IMG/VR virus record: IMGVR_UViG_3300025887_000009
Length of the DNA stretch: 61,214 nucleotides
Reading direction: 5' to 3' (one strand)
From: a virus
Taxonomy: Duplodnaviria; Heunggongvirae; Uroviricota; Caudoviricetes
In this document: in pieces, positions 30,064-39,061 of the stretch
Layout of the letters: every line of letters begins with the position of its first letter
Numbering within the stretch: the stretch's first letter is position 1
The notes under the pieces: model-generated
The model's database searches: none
Told to the model about the DNA's origin: nothing
Seen by the model: the letters and a program-made list of their open reading frames with translations, nothing else
Made by a program: the position numbers and the translations under genes

Positions 30064-30082
30064 GTATTACGTAAATACTTAT

Positions 30083-30919
30083 ATGAATGATTATTATAAA
30101 ATTCTCGGTGTCGATAAATCGGCATCAGCTGCTGATATTAAAAGTGCTTTTAAAAAACTTGCTAAGAAGAAACATCCAGATGCAGGCGGCGACCCGTTAG
30201 AATTTCAACAATTAAACGAAGCGTACGACATATTAAAGGATCCAGGACGCAGAGCTGCATACGACGAGCCTCCTGTTCAAAATCCGTTTAAACACTCCGG
30301 CGGCTTCGGCGGCTCACGACACGGCAATGAAATTAACCTTGATGAAATATTCGGGCAAGCATTTAGGCAACACCGAACACCAACACGAGGTAGAGATATT
30401 AGTATCAAAGCATCTATCTTCCTCAAAGATGTGCTACTAGGCAAGAGTATTATTGCTTCCTATTCGTTGCTAAATGGAGAGAAAGAATCAGTCGAAGTAG
30501 AAATTCCAAAAGGTGTGCGTGAAGGTATGAAGATACGATATGCAGGCTTAGGAGATATTGGTCCGCTTAATGTTCCACGCGGCGACTTATATGTTATAAT
30601 AACAATACAGTACGAAGACGGATGGGCAAGAGACAACAATGATTTAATAACAGAGATAGAAGTAGATGCTCTTGATATGATATTAGGAACAACCACTAAT
30701 GTAACTATGCTAGACGGACGACAAATAAAGCTTCGTGTATTAACAGGTTCAAAGAATGGTGCTGTGTTTAGTATACCAGAACACGGATTAACAGATATCA
30801 ACACTAACAAACCAGGCAGGTTATTAATTAGAGTAACAGCAACAATTCCAAAAATAACATCAGACGAAGCTAGAGCAAAACTTCAAGAAGCTCAAAAACT
30901 TATCCATAGTAATCGTTGA
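30083..30919 (+). CDS. dnaJ: DnaJ/CbpA-type co-chaperone (no zinc finger)
   Basis: DYYKILGV, HPD, FQQLNEAYDIL, G/F linker, GDLYV, G.L.I; TAAATA 30072-30077 five nt before ATG. Confidence 0.9.
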   Translation: MNDYYKILGVDKSASAADIKSAFKKLAKKKHPDAGGDPLEFQQLNEAYDILKDPGRRAAYDEPPVQNPFKHSGGFGGSRHGNEINLDEIFGQAFRQHRTPTRGRDISIKASIFLKDVLLGKSIIASYSLLNGEKESVEVEIPKGVREGMKIRYAGLGDIGPLNVPRGDLYVIITIQYEDGWARDNNDLITEIEVDALDMILGTTTNVTMLDGRQIKLRVLTGSKNGAVFSIPEHGLTDINTNKPGRLLIRVTATIPKITSDEARAKLQEAQKLIHSNR

Positions 30920-30962
30920 CTTACTTGTTATTTGTAGTAATATAAGATATAGGAGAATATAC

Positions 30963-33212
30963 ATGGTAGAACCGTCAGAAGAACTAAAGAAATCGTTTGA
31001 TCGCGCAATTGCAAAAGCAAAGAAACATCGACATGAATACGTGACATTGGAACACTTGCTTTACTCAATGCTAGACGACAAACAGTTTGTCTCAATTCTA
31101 AATGAATATGGGGCAGACGTTAAGTACATCAAATCAAATCTCAACAATATGATCAAGAATAAAATGGATGAGTTACTAATGCCCGCCGATTGCGGGCAAT
31201 ACAAGCCATTAAAAACACAAACTGTAGAACGTGTTCTCAATCGTGCATTTACACAAGTATTATTTGCGGGCGGCAGAGACATTTTATTAACAGATGTTGT
31301 GTCTAGTATCCTTAGTGAAAAAAAGAGTGCAGCATGTTATTACCTTGAAGAAGGAAATGTCAATAAGGCAGATTTTGCTAACTATGTTAAGAGCGTGGTC
31401 GAAGAACAGTACGAAGCAGAAGAAGCATCAGCTGCCGAAGAACAAGCACTTAAATCGTTCACTGTTGATTTGAACGCAAAAGCAAAGCGTAACAAGATTG
31501 ATCCTGTTATTGCTCGAGAAGCAGAACTAGATCGAATTGCATTAGCATTAGGTCGTCGTAACAAAAATAATGTTATTCTTGTCGGCGATCCGGGCGTAGG
31601 TAAAACAGCAATTGTTGAAGGTCTTGCTGTTAAAATCCTTGCCGGCACTGTTCCAGAATTTCTAAAAGACTACACTGTGTACAACCTTGACATTAGTGCA
31701 ATGCTTGCCGGATCAAAATATCGCGGTGACTTCGAAGAAAGATTGAAGCTAGTGCTAGGTGCACTTGTTAAAAAAGGCAAGTGTGTCATGTTCATCGACG
31801 AAGCACATATGATTAGTGGTGCAGGTGCAGGAAATAGCAGTAGCGCTAATGATCTCGCTAATATGCTTAAACCGGCATTAGGCAAAGGTGATGTTAAAAT
31901 TGTTGCCTCAACTACGTGGGAAGAATATCGTAAGTTCTTTGAAAAAGACCGGGCATTAATGCGTCGTTTTCAACGTGTTACCGTAGACGAACCTAGTCCA
32001 GCTGAATCAATTGAGATTCTTACAGCTATCAAGCAGTACTACGAAGAATTCCATGGTGCAACTATTACAGATGCAGCAATCGAAGAAGCTGTTAAGTTGA
32101 GTATAAAATATCAGCCAGATAAGAAACTACCTGATAAAGCTATTGACTTGATTGATGTTGCGTGTTCACGCTTTAAACTTAATGATCAAATTGAAAATAA
32201 GCTTGTAGACAAAGAAAACATTCAGTTTGAAATGTCTATTATGGTAGACATGAATGCGGATCGTATTGCAGAACGCGAAGGCGAAGGCATGAAAGATCTC
32301 GAAAAGAATATTAAATCAATTGTGTTCGGGCAAGAAGACGCCATTGAGAAGATTGTCGACAAAGTACTAATGTCACAAGCTGGTTTGCAAGATGATGACA
32401 AACCTGTGGGTTCGTTTGTATTCATGGGCCCAACAGGTGTTGGCAAAACTGAGGTTGCTAAAGCACTTGCTGCTAACCTCGGAGTAAAACTTGTACGGTT
32501 TGACATGAGCGAATACATGGAGAAACATAGTGTATCTAAATTGCTAGGTTCACCTCCTGGATACGTCGGCTTTGAAGAGAACGCAGGCATGTTGATTACA
32601 CAGCTTCAAGAATATCCAAATTGTGTATTGTTGCTCGACGAGATCGAAAAGGCTCATCCTGACATAAGTCAATTGTTGCTACAAATCATGGATAACGGTA
32701 AGATTACAGGGTCAAATGGCAAAACTGCCGATGCTCGTAATATTACACTGATCCTAACAACTAACCTTGGTGCAAAAAGTGCCGAGAAGAATAACATCGG
32801 ATTCAATACTGAGTTAGCTAGAGAACACGATTCAACCGATCTTAATAAATTCTTTTCGCCAGAATTGCGTAATAGACTAGACGGTATTGTTACTTTTAAG
32901 AAACTTTCAAAGGAAGTTATGCTTAAAGTTGTTGGTAAGTTTATGTTAGAACTTAAAGAGAAGATTGCAGACAAGAACATTAAAATCAACGCAACCGACG
33001 AAGCGTTTGATTATCTCGTAGACAAAGGATTCGATCCGTTGATGGGGGCGCGTCCGCTAAAACGTGTTATTGATCACGACATAAAACGCCCTATGTCAAA
33101 AGAGATCTTGTTCGGGGAACTTAAAACAGGCGGCACTGTTAACGTTACTGTAACCGACGGCAAACTAGAGTTAGAATTTATTAAGGCAGAGGTTTATGCT
33201 AAAGAAGACTGA
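30963..33212 (+). CDS. clpA: ClpA-like AAA+ unfoldase
   Basis: HEYVTLEHLL N-domain; GDPGVGKT/FIDEAH; GPTGVGKT/LLDEIEKAH; RFDMSEY; IGF loop; GARPL; no ClpB-type middle domain. Confidence 0.93.
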   Translation: MVEPSEELKKSFDRAIAKAKKHRHEYVTLEHLLYSMLDDKQFVSILNEYGADVKYIKSNLNNMIKNKMDELLMPADCGQYKPLKTQTVERVLNRAFTQVLFAGGRDILLTDVVSSILSEKKSAACYYLEEGNVNKADFANYVKSVVEEQYEAEEASAAEEQALKSFTVDLNAKAKRNKIDPVIAREAELDRIALALGRRNKNNVILVGDPGVGKTAIVEGLAVKILAGTVPEFLKDYTVYNLDISAMLAGSKYRGDFEERLKLVLGALVKKGKCVMFIDEAHMISGAGAGNSSSANDLANMLKPALGKGDVKIVASTTWEEYRKFFEKDRALMRRFQRVTVDEPSPAESIEILTAIKQYYEEFHGATITDAAIEEAVKLSIKYQPDKKLPDKAIDLIDVACSRFKLNDQIENKLVDKENIQFEMSIMVDMNADRIAEREGEGMKDLEKNIKSIVFGQEDAIEKIVDKVLMSQAGLQDDDKPVGSFVFMGPTGVGKTEVAKALAANLGVKLVRFDMSEYMEKHSVSKLLGSPPGYVGFEENAGMLITQLQEYPNCVLLLDEIEKAHPDISQLLLQIMDNGKITGSNGKTADARNITLILTTNLGAKSAEKNNIGFNTELAREHDSTDLNKFFSPELRNRLDGIVTFKKLSKEVMLKVVGKFMLELKEKIADKNIKINATDEAFDYLVDKGFDPLMGARPLKRVIDHDIKRPMSKEILFGELKTGGTVNVTVTDGKLELEFIKAEVYAKED

Positions 33213-33873
33213 AACAACCAAGCTATTTTATAACAAATACACCCATCGTGTGAAAATAAGTCTGAATCTTTCGTTTCTACTTCGTCCAACTTCTCGAAAG
33301 AAAAATGAAAAAGTGCTTACCAAACTTGAAGAAGCAATTAAGAATGACCGCCGTGCAAGCAAAGACAGAATTTACGAAACAGGCGAGTGGTCATGGCGCC
33401 CTGTGCATGTTACCGAAACAGATGTAAAAGAAGCAAGGATGGTTCAATCCATCCTTGCTGATTCCGAAGATGTAAAAATTCGAATCGAGAGCAGGACTAT
33501 ACTTTTATATTTTAATGATAGGTCAGCTATTAGCAAAATTGAAGATAAAGTTGGCCATTTAATAACAGAGTTAACCGAACCTAACATGAAGTTTATTGAT
33601 AGCATAAAAGAAGGCAAGGAGGTTGTATCTAGCAAATTTAGAAATTATCAATACAAAGTTTTCTTTAATTTTATCCGGGATCAATCTTTGCCAGATTGGC
33701 TTGCTAAAAACAGCGATGCATACGAAATTTCGCATTTTGCCGAATATGAGCTTAAACGCAATCATCCAACCGGTCGTATGCAAGTATACGTTAAAGATAC
33801 TAAAGCGTTAACAATGTTACAAATGCGGATGCCAAGCAATATCGTGCGTATGCACGAATTAGTTCACAAGTGA
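33196..33873 (+). CDS. Hypothetical protein
   Basis: GAGG SD; T.KLFYNKY N-terminus; 225 aa. Confidence 0.65.
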   Translation: MLKKTETTKLFYNKYTHRVKISLNLSFLLRPTSRKKNEKVLTKLEEAIKNDRRASKDRIYETGEWSWRPVHVTETDVKEARMVQSILADSEDVKIRIESRTILLYFNDRSAISKIEDKVGHLITELTEPNMKFIDSIKEGKEVVSSKFRNYQYKVFFNFIRDQSLPDWLAKNSDAYEISHFAEYELKRNHPTGRMQVYVKDTKALTMLQMRMPSNIVRMHELVHK

Positions 33874-33892
33874 TATTTTGATAAATAGCTGT

Positions 33893-34258
33893 ATGACAGC
33901 TAACAGTGAAACAATTTTAACAAACCAAGATCACCCCGGGGACAGTAGTACAGAAACTGTAGTCGGGGCGGTCTTTAAGGGCGACGGCTATTACGGTCGC
34001 AGTGACGGTTTTCATACCGTGCAGTACAGTCTGGAAGGCTTTATTGGTACAATAAATATCCAAGCAGCATTAGCCGTAGATCCAACAGAAGATGATTGGT
34101 TCTCACTTGCAGAAGCTGCACATGTAAGTGATAGCGCCGAGGGCGTTAATTCAACAGGCGGATTTATATACAATTTCACAGGTAACTATGTATGGTTACG
34201 TGCAAATATATCAAACTGGACTGATGGCAATATCACTCAAATATTACTCAATCATTAA
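33893..34258 (+). CDS. Putative virion protein (late, leaderless)
   Basis: TAAATA 33882-33887 then ATG 33893; KGDGYYG..DG.HTVQY, NFTGNYVW.RA. Confidence 0.65.
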   Translation: MTANSETILTNQDHPGDSSTETVVGAVFKGDGYYGRSDGFHTVQYSLEGFIGTINIQAALAVDPTEDDWFSLAEAAHVSDSAEGVNSTGGFIYNFTGNYVWLRANISNWTDGNITQILLNH

Positions 34259-34266
34259 AGGTTACC

Positions 34267-34542
34267 ATGGAACATTTTATCAGCGTAGTTATACCTAAGA
34301 AAAAAATAGATGAAGAAAGCGTAGTGAGCATGATGGAGAATTCTATTTCTTCGTCGCTTATGGAGAACGAATCATTAATCGAAACTGGATTAACTGAAGA
34401 CAACAGCACTATTATACAATATCAAGTTGCAAGAGAATTAACTAACGAAGAAGCAGACAAAGCAGTAAACACACTTGCTAACAAGATGTTTAAAGCTGGG
34501 TACGACGATTTTGATATCTACGTGTCAGGAGATGCACAGTGA
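34267..34542 (+). CDS. Hypothetical acidic protein
   Basis: AAGG SD; 91 aa. Confidence 0.65.
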   Translation: MEHFISVVIPKKKIDEESVVSMMENSISSSLMENESLIETGLTEDNSTIIQYQVARELTNEEADKAVNTLANKMFKAGYDDFDIYVSGDAQ

Positions 34543-34877
34543 GATTAACAGAAATGGGGATGCCTGATCCGGGGGAGTCGGATATGGGCTACGACTTAGT
34601 AGACGATGTCGTTGTGTTTATGCGCAATGATCAAGACTTCTATCGTCGTCAATATTATCCTGCAATGTCCAAAATATCTAGAAATTACAAGAAGACAAAA
34701 AAGATCGATCGCAGTATGGCAAAGGACATGATCGAAAAAGCTGTACCTGCATACTGTAAGAAATTTAATATTAAAAAAGCCCCAAGTAAGCTCTTTACAA
34801 AGGATGACATGGATGCTATATTAGACATGTTATTCGACGAAGAATCAGATGAAATACGCAATGGGGAATATCTATGA
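34539..34877 (+). CDS. Putative internal head protein
   Basis: GTG start, MRLTEM N-terminal motif. Confidence 0.6.
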   Translation: MRLTEMGMPDPGESDMGYDLVDDVVVFMRNDQDFYRRQYYPAMSKISRNYKKTKKIDRSMAKDMIEKAVPAYCKKFNIKKAPSKLFTKDDMDAILDMLFDEESDEIRNGEYL

Positions 34878-35977
34878 GATTTCACGAGTTCAGTGTTCTG
34901 CAAGAAGCAGCCACAGAGGCAAGAAAGAAACTAGGACGAGATCTTAATCATCTCGAAGACTACGTTTTCTTTTATGGCTCCGAGGGCGCTAATGAGGCAC
35001 TGGACATTCTGCAACAACTAGGCAGTGACGCAAGCGATGTTACTATCAAGTGGGATGGACAAACAGCCATCTATTGGGGCAGAGAAGCTGATGGCAAATT
35101 TATCATGGTTGGTAAGAATGGCTGGGGCAGAAATAAGTCTTACTCAAGCGACGAGTTGAGCAATTTTATTAAGAAAAGCGGACGTGGAGAAGACTGGAGA
35201 GAACAGTTCGGTAACGAAATGGCAGAGATGTTTGACATCCTTGAACGCTCTACTCCGAGGTCATTCAGAGGTTTTGTGTTTGGCGACGTGCTTTATCATC
35301 CAGGCAAGCCTGTCGAGCGCAGCAAGCACGGTTTAGAATTTACTCCTAACCAAGTAAAGTACACTGTAGATCCTAACAGCGATTTAGGCAAGAAGATTAA
35401 AAACAGCAAGATGGGTGTAGCAGTGCATGGAATTTATCCAGAGTTCGGCAGTAAAGACAGCAAGCATATCACAGACGTTGAAGAACTTAATTCCGATGAA
35501 GCAGTTGTACTAGGTCAAACTTATGTTACACATCAGCCTAAAGTTAACACAAAAGAAATCGATGCTATTAGAAAATACGTCAATACATCAGCTAGTACTA
35601 TTGATAGGTTTTTAAAGCCTGTACCGGGTCTTGCTGATATGAAGAATATCATTTACACATATGTTAACCAGACGTCAAGGTCACGCAACTTACATGCATT
35701 AGAAGACGGATTTATCGACTGGATTGAAAATTCAAAAGTAAGTGCAAACAAGCAAACCAAGATCAAAGCAATGAATGAAAATAATCCAAAAGCGCTACCT
35801 GCGATTTTCAAACTTGTACTAAAGATCATGGCAGCTAAAGATCACATAATTGATCAACTCGACAACGCACCTGCAGACGTACAAGCATCAACAAACGGCG
35901 AACAAGGCGGCGAAGGCTACGTTGCACACAATAGCAAAACAAAACTCGTTCCAAGAACAAGGTGGATACCGGCGTGA
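34874..35977 (+). CDS. Ligase-superfamily nucleotidyltransferase-like protein (DUF6267-like)
   Basis: HLED, TIKWDG (KxDG), GD.LY, FTPN, GEGYV and terminal K.V.R motifs; MRFHEF N-terminus. Confidence 0.65.
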   Translation: MRFHEFSVLQEAATEARKKLGRDLNHLEDYVFFYGSEGANEALDILQQLGSDASDVTIKWDGQTAIYWGREADGKFIMVGKNGWGRNKSYSSDELSNFIKKSGRGEDWREQFGNEMAEMFDILERSTPRSFRGFVFGDVLYHPGKPVERSKHGLEFTPNQVKYTVDPNSDLGKKIKNSKMGVAVHGIYPEFGSKDSKHITDVEELNSDEAVVLGQTYVTHQPKVNTKEIDAIRKYVNTSASTIDRFLKPVPGLADMKNIIYTYVNQTSRSRNLHALEDGFIDWIENSKVSANKQTKIKAMNENNPKALPAIFKLVLKIMAAKDHIIDQLDNAPADVQASTNGEQGGEGYVAHNSKTKLVPRTRWIPA

Positions 35978-36537
35978 TTCTAAGAGAGTTATACGAAGCA
36001 CCAAAGACCGCAGTTATGGCGTTTGGGAGAATGAATCCTCCCACTATTGGTCACAAGAAGTTAGTCGACAAACTAACAAAACTGCCAGGTGACCCGTATG
36101 TCTTTTTAAGTCACACCCAAACACCAAAGACAGACCCGATGGACTTTGCCACAAAGTCTAAATTTGCAAAAGCGTTCTTTCCTAACGTAACAATAGGCGA
36201 TGCTAACATTCGTACAATTATACAAGCATTGCAAGCTGTAGAAAAGAAGGGCTATGCCAATCTTATATTTGTTGCAGGAAGTGATCGCGTTAACGAATTT
36301 AAAGAACTACTAAATAAGTACAATGGAAAAGAATACAATTTCTCATCTATACAAGTGGTTAGTGCAGGCGAACGCGACCCCGACGCAGAAGGCGCGGCTG
36401 GCATGAGTGCTAGCAAGATGAGAGCAGCGGCAGCTAGTGGCAACTTAGAAGCATTTACACACGGTGTACCTAAGCCTCAGTTAGCAAAGCAGATGTACAA
36501 TCTAGTAAGAGCAGGCATGGGTGTAAAAGATGAATGA
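35974..36537 (+). CDS. HIGH-superfamily (cytidylyl)transferase
   Basis: FGRMNPPTIGH, VAGSDR, SAGERDPD, MSASKMR; GTG start overlapping upstream TGA gives MILRELYE. Confidence 0.85.
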   Translation: MILRELYEAPKTAVMAFGRMNPPTIGHKKLVDKLTKLPGDPYVFLSHTQTPKTDPMDFATKSKFAKAFFPNVTIGDANIRTIIQALQAVEKKGYANLIFVAGSDRVNEFKELLNKYNGKEYNFSSIQVVSAGERDPDAEGAAGMSASKMRAAAASGNLEAFTHGVPKPQLAKQMYNLVRAGMGVKDE

Positions 36538-36739
36538 TATAGAGCGTCTTAAAAAGCTGGCCGGTGTCAACGAATTCAAAGGTTTCACTCCTTACACAAT
36601 CGAAAACATGAGCGCAACTGCTACAGATTTAAAGCAGAAAGAGCGAGATCTAGGATTAAAGCCCGGAGACGACGAGTGGTTTAAACTTTGGTTTAGTACT
36701 CCTATGACTGCTGGATTTAGGGGACGAACAAAGAAATGA
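36530..36739 (+). CDS. Small hypothetical protein
   Basis: IERLKKLAGV N-terminus; KPGDDEWFKLWF. Confidence 0.65.
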   Translation: MNDIERLKKLAGVNEFKGFTPYTIENMSATATDLKQKERDLGLKPGDDEWFKLWFSTPMTAGFRGRTKK

Positions 36740-36981
36740 AACTACGAGAATTATTCATAGCAGAAAGCTCAAAGCTAGACGTTAAGACACTTTCGGCAAA
36801 GTCACTTGCAGAATTGCACAATGTTCCTGAAGAACAAATTGTTGCACAAATAGCAAAAGGCACTAAGGTAGAGCTAGAGCACACCTCAGATAAAAATGTA
36901 GCAAAAGAGATTGCAATGGATCACATCAAAGAGATGCCCGATTATTACACCAAGCTACAGAAAATGGAAAAAGATCAATGA
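36736..36981 (+). CDS. DUF5661-like small protein, putative internal head protein
   Basis: G.KVELEHT....A.EIAMDH..E.PDYYTKL; MKLRELFIAE N-terminus. Confidence 0.7.
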   Translation: MKLRELFIAESSKLDVKTLSAKSLAELHNVPEEQIVAQIAKGTKVELEHTSDKNVAKEIAMDHIKEMPDYYTKLQKMEKDQ

Positions 36982-37751
36982 AAATCTCAGAGATAGTTGA
37001 ATCAGCAAATCGCAATGACATTCACAATAAGATCAAACAAAAACAAAAGAGCAGGATGCTTGATAAAGTATTGCAATACATACACAAGAAGGCAAAAGAA
37101 GAGCCAGGTAACAGCATCAATAATATTGCTTTCCAGATAAGCAGAGAAATGAATCTCAGCAATCTTGATATGACTGCAAAAGATCTTGCACAAACATACA
37201 AAGACTTTGCTGGCATTAAAGAAGAAGGCGACGAACCAGTTGCCCAGCCGCCGCCAATTACTCCACAAATGCTCAAACAACTTGAATTTCATATCGATAA
37301 GATGTTTGCTGCACTGGGCATGGACGTTGAATTTACTCGTCATTTCATAGACAGAGTAAACGATCCAAGAAATCAACAACAAATTACTGTACAAGAATTA
37401 GCTAGGTTATTCAAAGAAACCTATCGCAAATGGGGCAAGAAGATTGCACAGATGGGACCGGATGCACAAGCTGTTATCAAAGACATGCAAACTGACATTA
37501 ATTTACCGTTTGTACTAAACTGGGACGAACAAAACAAAGAACTTGATTTAGTTGCAAAAACTATCATGCGCAAGAAGAATTTCTCAACTCCTAATCAGCA
37601 ACTTCCTTTAGAAGGAACTGCTAACGAGAAAGCCCCGCCGGGCAGAGAAAAGCAAGTCAAAAAGCTTAAAGGTAAATTTGACGATCCAGGAGCACCATAT
37701 GCAATAGCATGGGCACAGCATAACAAAAGCGGAAAGCCTAAGAAAAAATGA
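36978..37751 (+). CDS. Multi-module putative internal head protein
   Basis: MKISEIVE N-terminus; VEFTRHFIDRVNDPRN domain; EKAPPGRE...YAIAW C-terminal module. Confidence 0.65.
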   Translation: MKISEIVESANRNDIHNKIKQKQKSRMLDKVLQYIHKKAKEEPGNSINNIAFQISREMNLSNLDMTAKDLAQTYKDFAGIKEEGDEPVAQPPPITPQMLKQLEFHIDKMFAALGMDVEFTRHFIDRVNDPRNQQQITVQELARLFKETYRKWGKKIAQMGPDAQAVIKDMQTDINLPFVLNWDEQNKELDLVAKTIMRKKNFSTPNQQLPLEGTANEKAPPGREKQVKKLKGKFDDPGAPYAIAWAQHNKSGKPKKK

Positions 37752-37927
37752 AGATTTATGAAATTATGACAGAAACATCGTCTGCAGGCGGTACCAGTGC
37801 CGGAGCGGTAGCTGCTGTAGCAAATCCAGGCAGTAAGCCCAAGACACAAAAGAAAAACAAAAACGGCACAGTAAAGAATGCTCTTGACGGTGATAGTTTA
37901 ATGGGTGGTGTTGTCGCTAAGAGATAA
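37748..37927 (+). CDS. Small putative internal head protein (59 aa, absent from the ORF track)
   Basis: ATGA overlap; MKIYEIMTETSSAGGTSAGAVAAVANPGSKPKTQKKNKNGTVKNALDGDSLMGGVVAKR*. Confidence 0.7.
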   Translation: MKIYEIMTETSSAGGTSAGAVAAVANPGSKPKTQKKNKNGTVKNALDGDSLMGGVVAKR

Positions 37928-37954
37928 ATACTAAAAATGCTCGGAGAGATATAA

Positions 37955-38308
37955 ATGGTTAAGAAAACAAACGAAGGTCTAGGAGATATGGCACATCTTG
38001 CTGAAAAGGACCATGAAGTACAAATGGCCCGTGCCGAGTTGTATAAAATTGCAAAATATGCAATCAAATTGCATGAGATAATGAGTAGCATTGATCCGAA
38101 CACTGATTTAGAATCGTGGGTACAATCTAAGATTACAAAAAGCGCAGATTATATTGATAGCGTTTATCATCACCTAGATTATCAAACACTTGCGGCTGCA
38201 GAAAAGGTACAAGCTGTTGAATCTGTTCGTCGTGCTAGACAAGCAGGTGGCGATGCATACAAAGATGCCATGAAAGCAAAGCTAGGCGAAGCAGCTAAAA
38301 AGAAGTAA
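37955..38308 (+). CDS. Hypothetical late protein
   Basis: TAAATA 37925-37930, GGAG SD; DHEVQMAR..L, LESWVQSKITK.ADY. Confidence 0.7.
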   Translation: MVKKTNEGLGDMAHLAEKDHEVQMARAELYKIAKYAIKLHEIMSSIDPNTDLESWVQSKITKSADYIDSVYHHLDYQTLAAAEKVQAVESVRRARQAGGDAYKDAMKAKLGEAAKKK

Positions 38309-38314
38309 TAGTGA

Positions 38315-39061
38315 ATGGCCAATTCACTAAAACATATTCAAGTTGTAGCCGGACAACGTTCCGGCTCGACTTATTTCACTGAAATACTTTTAAAGTATAA
38401 TCAAAACCACAAAGGGTTATACAGTCCATTTCAATTAACACATATTCCAAATAATAAAATATACAAATATTCTAAAAAATTATCTGCAAATTTAAATGCG
38501 CTAGATCAAAAATATGTTATTAAGACTCATTACCGCGACTTGCCTTTATTAAACAGTTTTGTAAAGGACCGTGGACTAAAAATAGATAATTTTTATAATT
38601 TCTATTTAATCAGATGCAATTTATTAGAATCAATTTTAAGTCTAGCTTTAGCAAGAGTAACTAACCAATGGGGCTGGGGCGAATACAAATACACCAATGA
38701 TATATCTCTATCTAACGAAAATTTATTATATTGTATTCGTAAACAATTAACTGATACAGAACTTTCATTAAAAAATACATTTAAAATACAATATAATGAA
38801 TTAGTGGAATACGAAAGTTTGTCTTCTAATCCAGGTAACGCATATAGTTCTTTAAAAATATCAAAAACCCAACGGCATCACGTCATCTACCAGTTAGATG
38901 ATTTCACAACTAAAATATCTCCACAAAAGGATACAGTGATAAAGAATTTCGATCAATCAAAACTCTTTGTATTAAATTACCTTAGCAACATTAAAACAAA
39001 CAATATAACCGTAGAAGACGGAATTATTACATCCTTTAACCTTGAAAATCAAACACTATGA
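38315..39061 (+). CDS. Sulfotransferase-like P-loop protein (AT-rich accessory gene)
   Basis: GQRSGSTYF (5'-PSB-like), IKTH, L.R.N......S (3'-PB-like), YE.L. Confidence 0.55.
   Translation: MANSLKHIQVVAGQRSGSTYFTEILLKYNQNHKGLYSPFQLTHIPNNKIYKYSKKLSANLNALDQKYVIKTHYRDLPLLNSFVKDRGLKIDNFYNFYLIRCNLLESILSLALARVTNQWGWGEYKYTNDISLSNENLLYCIRKQLTDTELSLKNTFKIQYNELVEYESLSSNPGNAYSSLKISKTQRHHVIYQLDDFTTKISPQKDTVIKNFDQSKLFVLNYLSNIKTNNITVEDGIITSFNLENQTL

Noticed and set aside
30083-33212. Bacterial chromosome origin suggested by clpA, dnaJ, folE, thyA, folA
   Set aside because: Context is phage: gp43-like polymerase, clamp and loader, tail genes, lysis cassette, TAAATA late promoters and no bacterial housekeeping operons
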